This document shows, in pieces, positions 16,670-23,006 of a stretch of 32,000 nt of DNA. The translations under genes and the position numbers were made by a program. Under the pieces are notes generated by a model. That model saw only the letters and a list, made by a program, of their open reading frames with translations. It was not told where the DNA came from and ran no database searches. The stretch's first letter is position 1, and each line of letters opens with the position of its first letter. This DNA comes from Acaryochloris marina MBIC11017. GTDB taxonomy: Bacteria > Cyanobacteriota > Cyanobacteriia > Thermosynechococcales > Thermosynechococcaceae. The DNA lies in the NCBI RefSeq assembly GCF_000018105.1, contig NC_009925.1, positions 270,001 to 302,000 on the forward strand, given 5' to 3'.

Positions 16670-18244
16670 TCAACTGGCAGATTCCATAGGCAATGTGAAG
16701 AAAAATGTTGAGCCTTGATCGACTTCTGATTCCACCCAGATTTTGCCCCCTTGCTGATCAATTATTTTCTTGCAAATGGCTAAACCAATGCCGGTACCGG
16801 AATACTCTTGGCGAGTATGTAAGCGCTGAAACACCATAAATACCCGATCTGCATGTTTTGGATCGATGCCAATGCCATTGTCTTTCACCCAAAAGAGATA
16901 GTCTTTTCTCTGTTGCTTGTAGTTGATTTCAATATGGGGGACTTGTTCTCCACGATATTTAAGGGCATTGCCGATCAAATTTTGAAAGAGTTGAGTGAGT
17001 TGACGAGGATTGGCTTGTAGGGTGGGTAACGGCGATCGTTCTAAGGTTGCCCCACTTTCTTGGATGGAGAGTTGGAGGTTGGAGATAGCGCTCTCTACAA
17101 TTTCATTACAGTCAACGGTTTCCAGAACTTTGGCCTGGGTCCCTACTCGGGAATAGCTGAGTAGATCTTGGATCAGCTGCTGCATGCGGGTCGCTCCGTC
17201 CACTGCAAAGCCAATAATTTGGTCGGCCTGCCCATCGAGTTGCCCCGCATAGTTTTGCCCCAACAACTGGGTAAAACTAATCACCATGCGAAGGGGCTCC
17301 TGTAAATCGTGGGAGGCAACGTAGGCAAACTGTTCTAACTCTCTATTGGATCGTTCCAGCTCTTCATTCAGCTGTTGCAGTTCATGTTCGAAATGCTTTC
17401 GCTCGGTGATGTTGCGAGCCACCCAGACCACGGAGTCTTTTTGTTCAGTGACGTTACGGGCCACCCAGACCACGGAGCTATCTAAGAGAGGAGAAACATT
17501 AGCCGTAAACCAGACCGGTTCTTCGTCAATCATCAATTGGTAATCAAAGTTGACGGTCTGTTGGGTTTCAATAGCTTCTTGAATAATGTGGGACCATTGC
17601 TGATCGGGATCTTGCCACAGCTCATTAATCGTGTAACTGATCAACTCTGCATCGGGTTCGCTACCTTCACTAGAATTCGTGGGAGCCACTTCGATATTGC
17701 TAATTTCACCTTTATCCACATCACAAACAAAGACCAAGTCCTTCATCGCTTCAAATACTGCTCGGATTTTGCCTTCAGAACTTCTTAGCTTGGCTTCTAA
17801 TAATTGGCGATCACTGACCTGATTCTCTAATTCCTTGATTCGCTTTTGAAGTGAAACGACATTATCGGAAGGCGTGGAGGCTGAGGATTGCTGGATTAAG
17901 GTATCTGATGTGATCAGTCCTTGGAGATGGGAAGCTTCATCGACAATGGCAACAAAGGAACTACCTTCGGTTTGCATGACTTGGGTAACGGCGGGTAAGT
18001 CGTCGGCCTGTTCTAAAGGCAAGGTCGGTAGCGGAGCCATTACGGATTGGACGGGGGTGATGGACAAATCAAGTTGGGTGGCTAGGGTGGTTACTAGGGT
18101 GCGATCGCAAACCACCCCCACAGGAATTTGATCTTCAACCACCACTAAGTAGTTGGCTTCCGCTTGATATAAAATTGCCACCGCATCTGCTACAGAAGTA
18201 TCTGGCTGAGTGACTAAAGGCTCACGAATCATCACTTGCTTCAT
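16670..18244 (-). CDS. Sensor histidine kinase: CBS pair, coiled coil, PAS, HisKA, HATPase
   Basis: The N-terminal roughly 120 aa are CBS-like. PAS ends in W.ARNITERK. H-box FAYVASHDLQEPLRMV. NLIGNALKY, DNGIGI and GTGIGLAICKKI are ATPase boxes. It contains an in-frame 14-codon tandem duplication. Confidence 0.88.
   Translation of the reverse strand: MKQVMIREPLVTQPDTSVADAVAILYQAEANYLVVVEDQIPVGVVCDRTLVTTLATQLDLSITPVQSVMAPLPTLPLEQADDLPAVTQVMQTEGSSFVAIVDEASHLQGLITSDTLIQQSSASTPSDNVVSLQKRIKELENQVSDRQLLEAKLRSSEGKIRAVFEAMKDLVFVCDVDKGEISNIEVAPTNSSEGSEPDAELISYTINELWQDPDQQWSHIIQEAIETQQTVNFDYQLMIDEEPVWFTANVSPLLDSSVVWVARNVTEQKDSVVWVARNITERKHFEHELQQLNEELERSNRELEQFAYVASHDLQEPLRMVISFTQLLGQNYAGQLDGQADQIIGFAVDGATRMQQLIQDLLSYSRVGTQAKVLETVDCNEIVESAISNLQLSIQESGATLERSPLPTLQANPRQLTQLFQNLIGNALKYRGEQVPHIEINYKQQRKDYLFWVKDNGIGIDPKHADRVFMVFQRLHTRQEYSGTGIGLAICKKIIDQQGGKIWVESEVDQGSTFFFTLPMESAS
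17400..17485 (-). repeat. In-frame 42-bp tandem duplication inside the kinase gene
   Basis: GTTGCGAGCCACCCAGACCACGGAG (17411-17435) and GTTACGGGCCACCCAGACCACGGAG (17453-17477) lie 42 nt apart. The protein reads SVVWVARNVTEQKD-SVVWVARNITERKH. Confidence 0.85.
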
Positions 18245-18416
18245 TGGAATACGTCAATACCATGTGCCATCTAGCTTTGTCTAAATGCGATGCCAAAGGC
18301 AATCCGCATCGATACTAGCGTGAATCACAAGGCCAAGGCTTCCTTTTCTCCACCAAAAATAGAAAATTTTGCCAAAACCCTTGACGAAGCCAAAAACCTG
18401 TGCGAGATTTGGTACT

Positions 18417-18720
18417 ACAAACGTAGTATTTCATCCGCTTTGGATCGAAACCTTCAAATGAAACGCAGACAAACCTCAGCCAACCTCCATCGTCCGTCGC
18501 AACGACCCGTTGTTGACGTAGCGATGCAATTTGGCTTTGAGGCCTTGACAAGAATAGTCTGCAGTCTCTCCGAAGGCAAAAATTGGGAAACCATTTTAGG
18601 TGGACTATATCCAGATCCAATCATCCAGAGCGGCAGGTGCGCCCAGGCACCGACATAACAGCAAGCCTTACCCAAACTTTGCTGAACCCCCGCTCTGACA
18701 CCCAGAGCGGGGGTTCTTTT
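18417..18720 (+). ncRNA. Candidate structured (rod-like, possibly 6S-like) RNA ending at an intrinsic terminator
   Basis: Long-range pairings: CCGCT 18435-39 with AGCGG 18628-32; TTGGATC 18440-46 with GATCCAA 18614-20; CCT..AAATG 18451-60 with CATTT.AGG 18592-600; CCTCAGCCAA 18474-83 with TTGGCT(TT)GAGG 18531-42. The apical hairpin is CATCG..CGTC.CAAC[GACCC]GTTG..GACG...CGATG. The ORFs here are mutually overlapping and poorly supported. The 5' end is not defined. Confidence 0.3.
18684..18720 (+). terminator. Rho-independent terminator
   Basis: GAACCCCCGCTCTG (18684-97) pairs with CAGAGCGGGGGTTC (18703-16) around a 5-nt loop, followed by TTTT (18717-20). It ends 15 nt before the HNH start codon. 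Confidence 0.8.
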
Positions 18721-18735
18721 ATTGAGGAGTGATCC

Positions 18736-19254
18736 ATGACCGTTATCCAACCTATTCTCCAAAACACCGTGGTCGTCTTTTCTAAGGCCTACTTGCCGTT
18801 GGCCCGGATCAATATCAAGCGGGCCATTGTGCTTCTGATCACGGGTCAAGCGGAATCTCTCGATTTTGGCAATACCCAGGTATGGGAAGTGCGATCGCCC
18901 AATCAAGTCTTGCGGGTATCAGAGCATATCCGCTTGTTGATGGGCAACCCAGAGCGGATGTGGAAAATACCTCCCGTTAACCGCCGCGAGGTCCTCAAAC
19001 GCGATCAGCACCGCTGCCAATACTGCGGTAGCCATCGCCGACTGACGTTGGATCACGTGATTCCCCGATCAAAAGGGGGATTGCACACTTGGGATAACGT
19101 GGTTGCTGCCTGTGAGCCTTGTAATTCCACCAAAAGCGACCGAACGCCCACCCAAGCAGGGATGACGTTACAGTCCAAACCCAAGGCACCGATCCATCCG
19201 GCTGTGGCCTTTGCCGACCAGTTTTGGAAAAGCCAAGAAAACCTAACCCATTAA
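18736..19254 (+). CDS. HNH endonuclease
   Basis: RDQHRCQYCGSHRRLTLDHVIPRSKGGLHTWDNVVAACEPCNSTKSDRTP is the HNH/zinc-finger core. A GAGGAG RBS lies upstream. Confidence 0.88.
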   Translation: MTVIQPILQNTVVVFSKAYLPLARINIKRAIVLLITGQAESLDFGNTQVWEVRSPNQVLRVSEHIRLLMGNPERMWKIPPVNRREVLKRDQHRCQYCGSHRRLTLDHVIPRSKGGLHTWDNVVAACEPCNSTKSDRTPTQAGMTLQSKPKAPIHPAVAFADQFWKSQENLTH

Positions 19255-19312
19255 GGGCTGGGCCGTCCCAGTTCTCCGACTTTAACTCAGAAATTTTTGG
19301 AGACAGTCCACC

Positions 19313-19696
19313 ATGCTGAAACTGATCTATACCGAATTGGGACTGCATATGGAATATGTAGGGGATTCCCTAGAAACCGTTGTGTCTCAACATGTTGTGC
19401 TTACCGTTCGTACTAGCCAAACCCTCCATTTAGAACTGGGGCAGGCCTCATTCTTACTCCCAGTGTTGACCCCTGGCTTAGGGGCTTTAGAAACGGCACT
19501 TCGCCAATATGACCAAACCCTAGAAATCACTCGTGTGGATGCGGAATATGTCGAAGTTTGCCTCGCTGGGACCTGGATAGCCCAAACGGCCCAAGCCCAT
19601 GAGGGGATGTTCTTAGCCGCCTATGACTATGAGACTGAGTTAATTCTTCGTCGTCTCTGGCAAGCTTCTGATCAGGCCCTAACCTCTGTTGTTTAG
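19313..19696 (+). CDS. Hypothetical protein (127 aa)
   Basis: Clean ORF with an ATG start and composition like the flanking genes. I recognise no motif. Confidence 0.55.
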   Translation: MLKLIYTELGLHMEYVGDSLETVVSQHVVLTVRTSQTLHLELGQASFLLPVLTPGLGALETALRQYDQTLEITRVDAEYVEVCLAGTWIAQTAQAHEGMFLAAYDYETELILRRLWQASDQALTSVV

Positions 19697-19700
19697 TAAG

Positions 19701-19732
19701 CAAGTGCAAAACTCATAACAGTTTTGCACTTG
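19701..19732 (+). terminator. Hairpin after 19313-19696
   Basis: CAAGTGCAAAAC (19701-12) pairs with GTTTTGCACTTG (19721-32) around an 8-nt loop. There is no clear U-tract. Confidence 0.45.
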
Positions 19733-19806
19733 TCCCCATTCCCTAATTTCAGGAAGAGGGTTCCAAATCCTTTTGGAAATATTTAAAAAGGTTATTACGG
19801 CTCTTC

Positions 19807-20640
19807 TTGCTAAATTCAATACCTGGAATTTCTGCAATTAGTGCATATAGAAGAAAGCATAAATCTTGTAAGCCTTCTAGTCATTCTCTATCAACTGATA
19901 TGCGTCGAATTATTGGACTTGCAATTCTAGAAGATGAAGTAATTATTACTTCTGGATTACAGCCTCCTCTGCATCGAGAGCGATCGTTCTATTCTCACCA
20001 AGGGACTAGCTACTGGTCTTACTTTCGTGCAGTTGTGAAGCGACCTCGCCTGCCAGGTTTATTCCTGCTCTCTCCTAGAATAGTGGCCGTCAGCGACATC
20101 CGTTATCACGATTCTCCCTTCAGCCACCTATCTCTAGAAACGTCCTCATCACTCACTACTATTGATCCTGGCATCATCATTACAGCTGGCTGTGGTGTGG
20201 ATATTGGCCAAGAACAGCGTACTTTATTCCTGGTTATATGTAGGAATCGGATTAAATTTTTTATCCACTTCTGTGGAGGTCTATTTCACCCGATCACCCT
20301 AGAACTAAAACAACGGGGGAAGTCTCTGGCTGGTCGATTGAGGAATCTCTTACAGGAACTCCATTTCTCAGAGTTACCAACTTCCCTCTCTCTCTCTTCC
20401 AACTTTAATTGGTCTCAGCAAGAGCTATCGAGACTTGAGCGTAGTTGGAAGAAACCTATCTCACAGGAGGTTCATATTGTGAATGCTCAAATGGACAACC
20501 ACCTTCAAGAAATATCGAAGGATATTTCTGAAGACTTTAATTTCGTGATCCATCAAAATTACTACACTGTTTATGAGCAGGGATTGCAAGTACTTTGCAC
20601 TGATACATCCTTGACTCAGCTCATAAGAATCGCGAGTTGA
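19807..20640 (+). CDS. Hypothetical protein, lower-GC, at the left edge of the tRNA island
   Basis: An 834-nt ORF with no recognisable motif. The track start is TTG 19807. An in-frame ATG at 19900 (MRRIIGLAILEDE...) is the more likely start. Confidence 0.45.
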   Translation: MLNSIPGISAISAYRRKHKSCKPSSHSLSTDMRRIIGLAILEDEVIITSGLQPPLHRERSFYSHQGTSYWSYFRAVVKRPRLPGLFLLSPRIVAVSDIRYHDSPFSHLSLETSSSLTTIDPGIIITAGCGVDIGQEQRTLFLVICRNRIKFFIHFCGGLFHPITLELKQRGKSLAGRLRNLLQELHFSELPTSLSLSSNFNWSQQELSRLERSWKKPISQEVHIVNAQMDNHLQEISKDISEDFNFVIHQNYYTVYEQGLQVLCTDTSLTQLIRIAS

Positions 20641-20835
20641 AGATAGATTTCCCTCTTTTTTCCTATAGTTCTTTACTGCCAGAGTTACTCCTTTTCCTGG
20701 GTAATTGCCGTATTGAATTAAGTGCCATTACTTTTACCTTGATATTTGTGATTTAGATATCCAAATCATTCTTTGTTGAAGTGTCTAGCACCACGAAATA
20801 AGTATTTCAGTTCATTTTGAAAAAGACAAAAAAAC

Positions 20836-20888
20836 TTGTAGTATGCTCTTGACATTTTTGTAGTATATTTGTAGTATTAATGTAGTGC
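20836..20888 (+). repeat. Four phased copies of T(T)GTAGTAT overlapping the array promoter
   Basis: TTGTAGTAT occurs at 20836-44, 20858-66 and 20869-77, with a degenerate ATGTAGTGC at 20880-88. Spacings are 22, 11 and 11 nt. Confidence 0.7.
20849..20877 (+). promoter_or_regulatory. Sigma70-type promoter of the tRNA array
   Basis: -35 TTGACA (20849-54), a 17-nt spacer, and -10 TAGTAT (20872-77). It lies about 75 nt upstream of the first tRNA. Confidence 0.65.
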
Positions 20889-20953
20889 AGTTGAAACGAG
20901 CTTCTACAGCCAATCAACTTCTGAACCTTGAAAACTGAATATTTGCCACATTT

Positions 20954-21028
20954 GGGGGTGTAGCTCAGTCGGTCTAGAGCAGTCGCCTGTCGAGCGAAAG
21001 GTCGCGGGTTCAAATCCCGTCTCCCCCG
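20954..21028 (+). tRNA. tRNA-Asp(GTC)
   Basis: Acceptor GGGGGTG/CTCCCCC with a T-T mismatch at 6-67. D arm GCTC-AGTCGGTCTA-GAGC. Anticodon loop CTGTCGA. T arm GCGGG-TTCAAAT-CCCGT. Discriminator G. No encoded CCA. Confidence 0.85.
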
Positions 21029-21031
21029 TAT

Positions 21032-21105
21032 AGTCTCGTGGACGATTAGATAAGTCGCTTTGGTTCTCAGTCAAGGAGAAGCGGGTGCAACTCCCGTCGA
21101 GACTT
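21032..21105 (+). tRNA. tRNA-Glu(CTC)-like, atypical
   Basis: Perfect acceptor AGTCTCG/CGAGACT. 3-bp D stem GAC/GTC with a D loop lacking GG. Anticodon stem TTTGG/TCAAG and loop TTCTCAG. T arm GCGGG-TGCAACT-CCCGT has G at position 55. Confidence 0.6.
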
Positions 21106-21113
21106 CTTTACCT

Positions 21114-21186
21114 GTCCAGGTCGCCAAGGGGTCGAAGGCGTCGGTCTGCAAAATCGATATCGTGGGTTCAACTCCCACCCTGGACT
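21114..21186 (+). tRNA. tRNA-Cys(GCA)
   Basis: Acceptor GTCCAGG/CCTGGAC. D stem GCC(A)/(A)GGC with the A13-A22 mismatch typical of tRNA-Cys. Anticodon loop CTGCAAA. T arm GTGGG-TTCAACT-CCCAC. Discriminator T (the Cys identity base). Confidence 0.9.
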
Positions 21187-21195
21187 CCAACCCTT

Positions 21196-21266
21196 GCGGG
21201 GATGGTGTAATGGCAACACCTCAGTCTCCAAAGCTGATGTTCTGGGTTCAAATCCTAGTCTCCGCG
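21196..21266 (+). tRNA. tRNA-Trp(CCA)
   Basis: Acceptor GCGGGGA/TCTCCGC. D arm GTGT-AATGGCA-ACAC. Anticodon arm TCAGT-CTCCAAA-GCTGA. T arm CTGGG-TTCAAAT-CCTAG. Discriminator G. Confidence 0.9.
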
Positions 21267-21299
21267 TTTCCTGAATCCAACGGTTCAGGCAAATACCAA

Positions 21300-21373
21300 A
21301 GTGGTGTACGCAAATGGTTTAAGCGACTTGATTTTCAACCAAGTGATTGCGGGTTCAAATCCCGTCACCACTC
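21300..21373 (+). tRNA. tRNA-Glu(TTC), atypical
   Basis: Perfect acceptor AGTGGTG/CACCACT. 3-bp D stem CGC/GCG. Anticodon stem CTTG(A)/(C)CAAG and loop TTTTCAA. T arm GCGGG-TTCAAAT-CCCGT. Discriminator C. Confidence 0.65.
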
Positions 21374-21381
21374 CCAAACAT

Positions 21382-21466
21382 AGGTCGGCTCGCCTACTGG
21401 CGTGGGCAACTGCCTGTAAAGCAGCCGCTTAATGCGTTGCAGGTTCAATTCCTGCCCGGCCTACCA
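21382..21466 (+). tRNA. tRNA-Tyr(GTA), class II, CCA encoded
   Basis: Acceptor AGGTCGG/CCGGCCT. Anticodon loop CTGTAAA. Variable arm CGC-TTAAT-GCG. T arm GCAGG-TTCAATT-CCTGC. Discriminator A, then CCA (21464-66). The acceptor-to-D junction is irregular. Confidence 0.75.
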
Positions 21467-21519
21467 ATCTGTATTACAAGTTGGCAGTTTGTAGTATTTA
21501 TCACTCAGCAATAGCTTTT

Positions 21520-21605
21520 GGAGAGGTGGCTGAGTGGGGAAAAGCGCTCCCCTGCTAAGGGAGTACGGTTTCTGACCGTTGCAGGTTCAAATCCTGTCCT
21601 CTCCG
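21520..21605 (+). tRNA. tRNA-Ser(GCT), class II
   Basis: Acceptor GGAGAGG/CCTCTCC. Anticodon arm CTCCC-CTGCTAA-GGGAG. Variable arm ACGGT-TTCTG-ACCGT. T arm GCAGG-TTCAAAT-CCTGT. Discriminator G. Confidence 0.9.
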
Positions 21606-21609
21606 TTTT

Positions 21610-21683
21610 GAGAACGTGGTGTAACTGGATAACATCTCAGGCTACGAACTTGAAGATTGAGGGTTCAAGTCCTTCCGTTCTCG
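21610..21683 (+). tRNA. tRNA-Arg(ACG)
   Basis: Acceptor GAGAACG/CGTTCTC. D arm GTGT-AACTGGATA-ACAT. Anticodon arm TCAGG-CTACGAA-CTTGA. T arm GAGGG-TTCAAGT-CCTTC. Confidence 0.9.
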
Positions 21684-21710
21684 CTTTAGACAACCTATAG
21701 GTTGTCTTAT

Positions 21711-21783
21711 CCCCCGGTAGCTCAGAGGTAGTAGCGCTTGTCTGAAGAGCAAGAGGTCGCCAGCTCAAAACTGGTTCGGGGGG
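21711..21783 (+). tRNA. tRNA-Phe(GAA), atypical
   Basis: Acceptor CCCCCGG/TCGGGGG (C1-G72). D arm GCTC-AGAGGTAG-TAGC with a C-T mismatch. Anticodon arm CTTGT-CTGAAGA-GCAAG. T arm GCCAG-CTCAAAA-CTGGT has a non-canonical T loop. Discriminator G. Confidence 0.7.
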
Positions 21784-21789
21784 CTTTGT

Positions 21790-21862
21790 TGCCCTGTAGC
21801 TCAGTGGTAGTAGCGGTCGCCTGTTAAGCGAACGGTCGCAGGTTCAATCCCTGCCGGGGCAG
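21790..21862 (+). tRNA. tRNA-Asn(GTT)
   Basis: Acceptor TGCCCTG/CGGGGCA. The anticodon arm GTCGC-CTGTTAA-GCGAA has the same stem as the Asp gene at 20954. T arm GCAGG-TTCAATC-CCTGC. Discriminator G. Confidence 0.85.
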
Positions 21863-21871
21863 CCAATTCTT

Positions 21872-21943
21872 TGCCGAGTGGACGAATAGCAAGTCGCCTG
21901 ACTCTGAATCAGGAGGTTGTAGGTGCGAATCCTACCTCGGCAT
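21872..21943 (+). tRNA. tRNA-Gln(CTG), atypical
   Basis: Acceptor TGCCGAG/CTCGGCA (U1-A72). D arm GAC-GAATAGCAA-GTC without GG, a paralogue of 21032. Anticodon arm CCTGA-CTCTGAA-TCAGG. T arm GTAGG-TGCGAAT-CCTAC has G55. Confidence 0.65.
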
Positions 21944-21954
21944 CTGTCTGACCT

Positions 21955-22026
21955 TGTCCTGTGGTGTAACTGGCAACATTTCGCTCTTTGAAAGCGAAGT
22001 CCTAGGTTCGAATCCTGGCGGGACAG
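21955..22026 (+). tRNA. tRNA-Gln(TTG)
   Basis: Acceptor TGTCCTG/CGGGACA (U1-A72). D arm GTGT-AACTGGCA-ACAT. Anticodon arm TCGCT-CTTTGAA-AGCGA. T arm CTAGG-TTCGAAT-CCTGG. Discriminator G. Confidence 0.9.
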
Positions 22027-22082
22027 TTGGAGGCCGTTGAAACAAAACCTATCGCCTGGGTCTATTCACGCCTCCTTTTCCT

Positions 22083-22156
22083 ACTCCTGTGGCGCAATTG
22101 GCAGACGCAACTGTCTTAAACACAGTTTGTTGTGGGTTCGACTCCCACCAGGAGTA
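22083..22156 (+). tRNA. tRNA-Leu(TAA) lacking the long variable arm (class-I-like)
   Basis: Acceptor ACTCCTG/CAGGAGT. Leu-type D arm TG-GCG-CAATTGGCAGA-CGC. Anticodon arm ACTGT-CTTAAAC-ACAGT. The variable loop is only TTGTT. T arm GTGGG-TTCGACT-CCCAC. Discriminator A. No intron. Confidence 0.7.
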
Positions 22157-22237
22157 TAGGAGTTTAGAGTTCAGAATTGAGGTACTTCCTAAAGAGGAGC
22201 TTCACTGACAGAGTTACATCTTGAAAGTCGCTTTTTT

Positions 22238-22311
22238 ACTCCTGTAGCCCAATGGGAAGAGGCGCTGGTTTCAAACTCCAGAGGTTGTGGGTTCGACTCC
22301 CACCAGGAGTA
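22238..22311 (+). tRNA. tRNA-Leu(CAA) lacking the long variable arm
   Basis: Same acceptor and T arm as 22083. D arm GCC-CAATGGGAAGA-GGC. Anticodon stem CTGG(T)/(T)CCAG and loop TTCAAAC. 5-nt variable loop. Discriminator A. Confidence 0.65.
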
Positions 22312-22348
22312 CTGGATTCAACTAAAAAAACTCCGAACTCTTTTATTC

Positions 22349-22422
<74 letters not shown>

Positions 22423-22426
22423 TTGT

Positions 22427-22504
22427 GCTCCCGTGGCGAAATTGGCAAACGCCTCTGTTTGAGAGACAGAGTTTTTACAGGTTCAACTCCTGTCGGGAGT
22501 ACCA
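22427..22504 (+). tRNA. tRNA-Leu(GAG) lacking the long variable arm, CCA encoded
   Basis: Acceptor GCTCCCG/CGGGAGT. Leu-type D arm TG-GCG-AAATTGGCAAA-CGC. Anticodon arm TCTGT-TTGAGAG-ACAGA. 6-nt variable loop. T arm ACAGG-TTCAACT-CCTGT. Discriminator A, then CCA (22502-04). Confidence 0.7.
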
Positions 22505-22509
22505 GGTAT

Positions 22510-22583
22510 CCGGGTGTAGCGCAGTTTGGTAGCGCGCCTGGTTTGGGACCAGGATGTCGCAGGTTCAAATCCTGCCACTCGGA
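22510..22583 (+). tRNA. tRNA-Pro(TGG)
   Basis: Acceptor CCGGGTG/CACTCGG (C1-G72). D arm GCGC-AGTTTGGTA-GCGC. Anticodon arm CCTGG-TTTGGGA-CCAGG (G37). T arm GCAGG-TTCAAAT-CCTGC. Discriminator A. Confidence 0.92.
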
Positions 22584-22589
22584 CTGAGC

Positions 22590-22636
22590 CCCTAACTGAT
22601 CGTGGAGGGGCCTTCCTCTCCATCGATCAGTTAGGG
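22590..22636. terminator. Very stable 21-bp hairpin closing the 17-tRNA array
   Basis: CCCTAACTGATCG (22590-602) pairs with CGATCAGTTAGGG (22624-36). The inner stem is TGGAGGGG/CCTCTCCA with loop CCTT. No U-tract on either strand. Confidence 0.55.
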
Positions 22637-22637
22637 A

Positions 22638-22898
22638 CTAAAAATAACTGTTAGCTTTTGATTTTTCTTGGATCTGCCATCGAAAGCACGGTTTCCCTTC
22701 TTCTCCAGGTTCGGGATATTCATAAATTTGAGTCAAGAAAAAACAAGAGCCAATAGCTCTTAAATGGGCCGGAATAATTTGAGTTGGGATCTCTAGCTGC
22801 CTACGAAACTGAAGAGACTTCAGGCGTGTAAAACTTCCATTTAGATGAAAGTCAATACGTACAGGTTCAGTATCCACAAGTACTTTTCTTTTCACCAT
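22638..22898 (-). CDS. Hypothetical small protein (86 aa), weak call
   Basis: Only an ORF of moderate length between tRNA groups, with no motif. It is one of only two ORFs in the island on the minus strand, the other being 27926-28171. Confidence 0.25.
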   Translation of the reverse strand: MVKRKVLVDTEPVRIDFHLNGSFTRLKSLQFRRQLEIPTQIIPAHLRAIGSCFFLTQIYEYPEPGEEGKPCFRWQIQEKSKANSYF

Positions 22899-23006
22899 TT
22901 AATAAGATGTTCCTGATGACTCAAAGCCTTCAATTCGATTATATCTATCGGAAAAAGAAAAATATTGAAGTTCAATATTTCTAAATGCAAGGTTGGTAAA
23001 ATTTAT

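Noticed and set aside
42-18131. Short antisense or alternate-frame ORFs inside the long genes (for example 42-314, 597-794, 3979-4224, 7415-7777, 12458-12788, 14923-15264, 17346-18131)
   Set aside because: They are embedded in confidently assigned genes on the other strand or frame. They have no motifs and are typical spurious ORFs.
18290-18906. Three mutually overlapping ORFs (18290-18658 +, 18315-18620 -, 18454-18906 -)
   Set aside because: They exclude each other, lack an RBS and have odd composition. The last one overlaps the HNH gene start and the terminator. The region folds well as RNA instead.
21467-21519. Internal promoter in the Tyr-Ser spacer (contains TTGTAGTAT)
   Set aside because: A -10-like TAGTAT is present, but no acceptable -35 lies at 16-18 nt and there is no extended -10 TG. 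It is noted under the motif finding only.
22083-22156. Group I intron in tRNA-Leu(UAA), classic in cyanobacteria
   Set aside because: The anticodon loop CTTAAAC is continuous. There is no insertion in this copy.
22590-22636. The long inverted repeat after the array as IS or MITE termini
   Set aside because: The arms are contiguous, forming one hairpin with a 4-nt loop and no internal cargo. A transcript-end structure is the simpler explanation.
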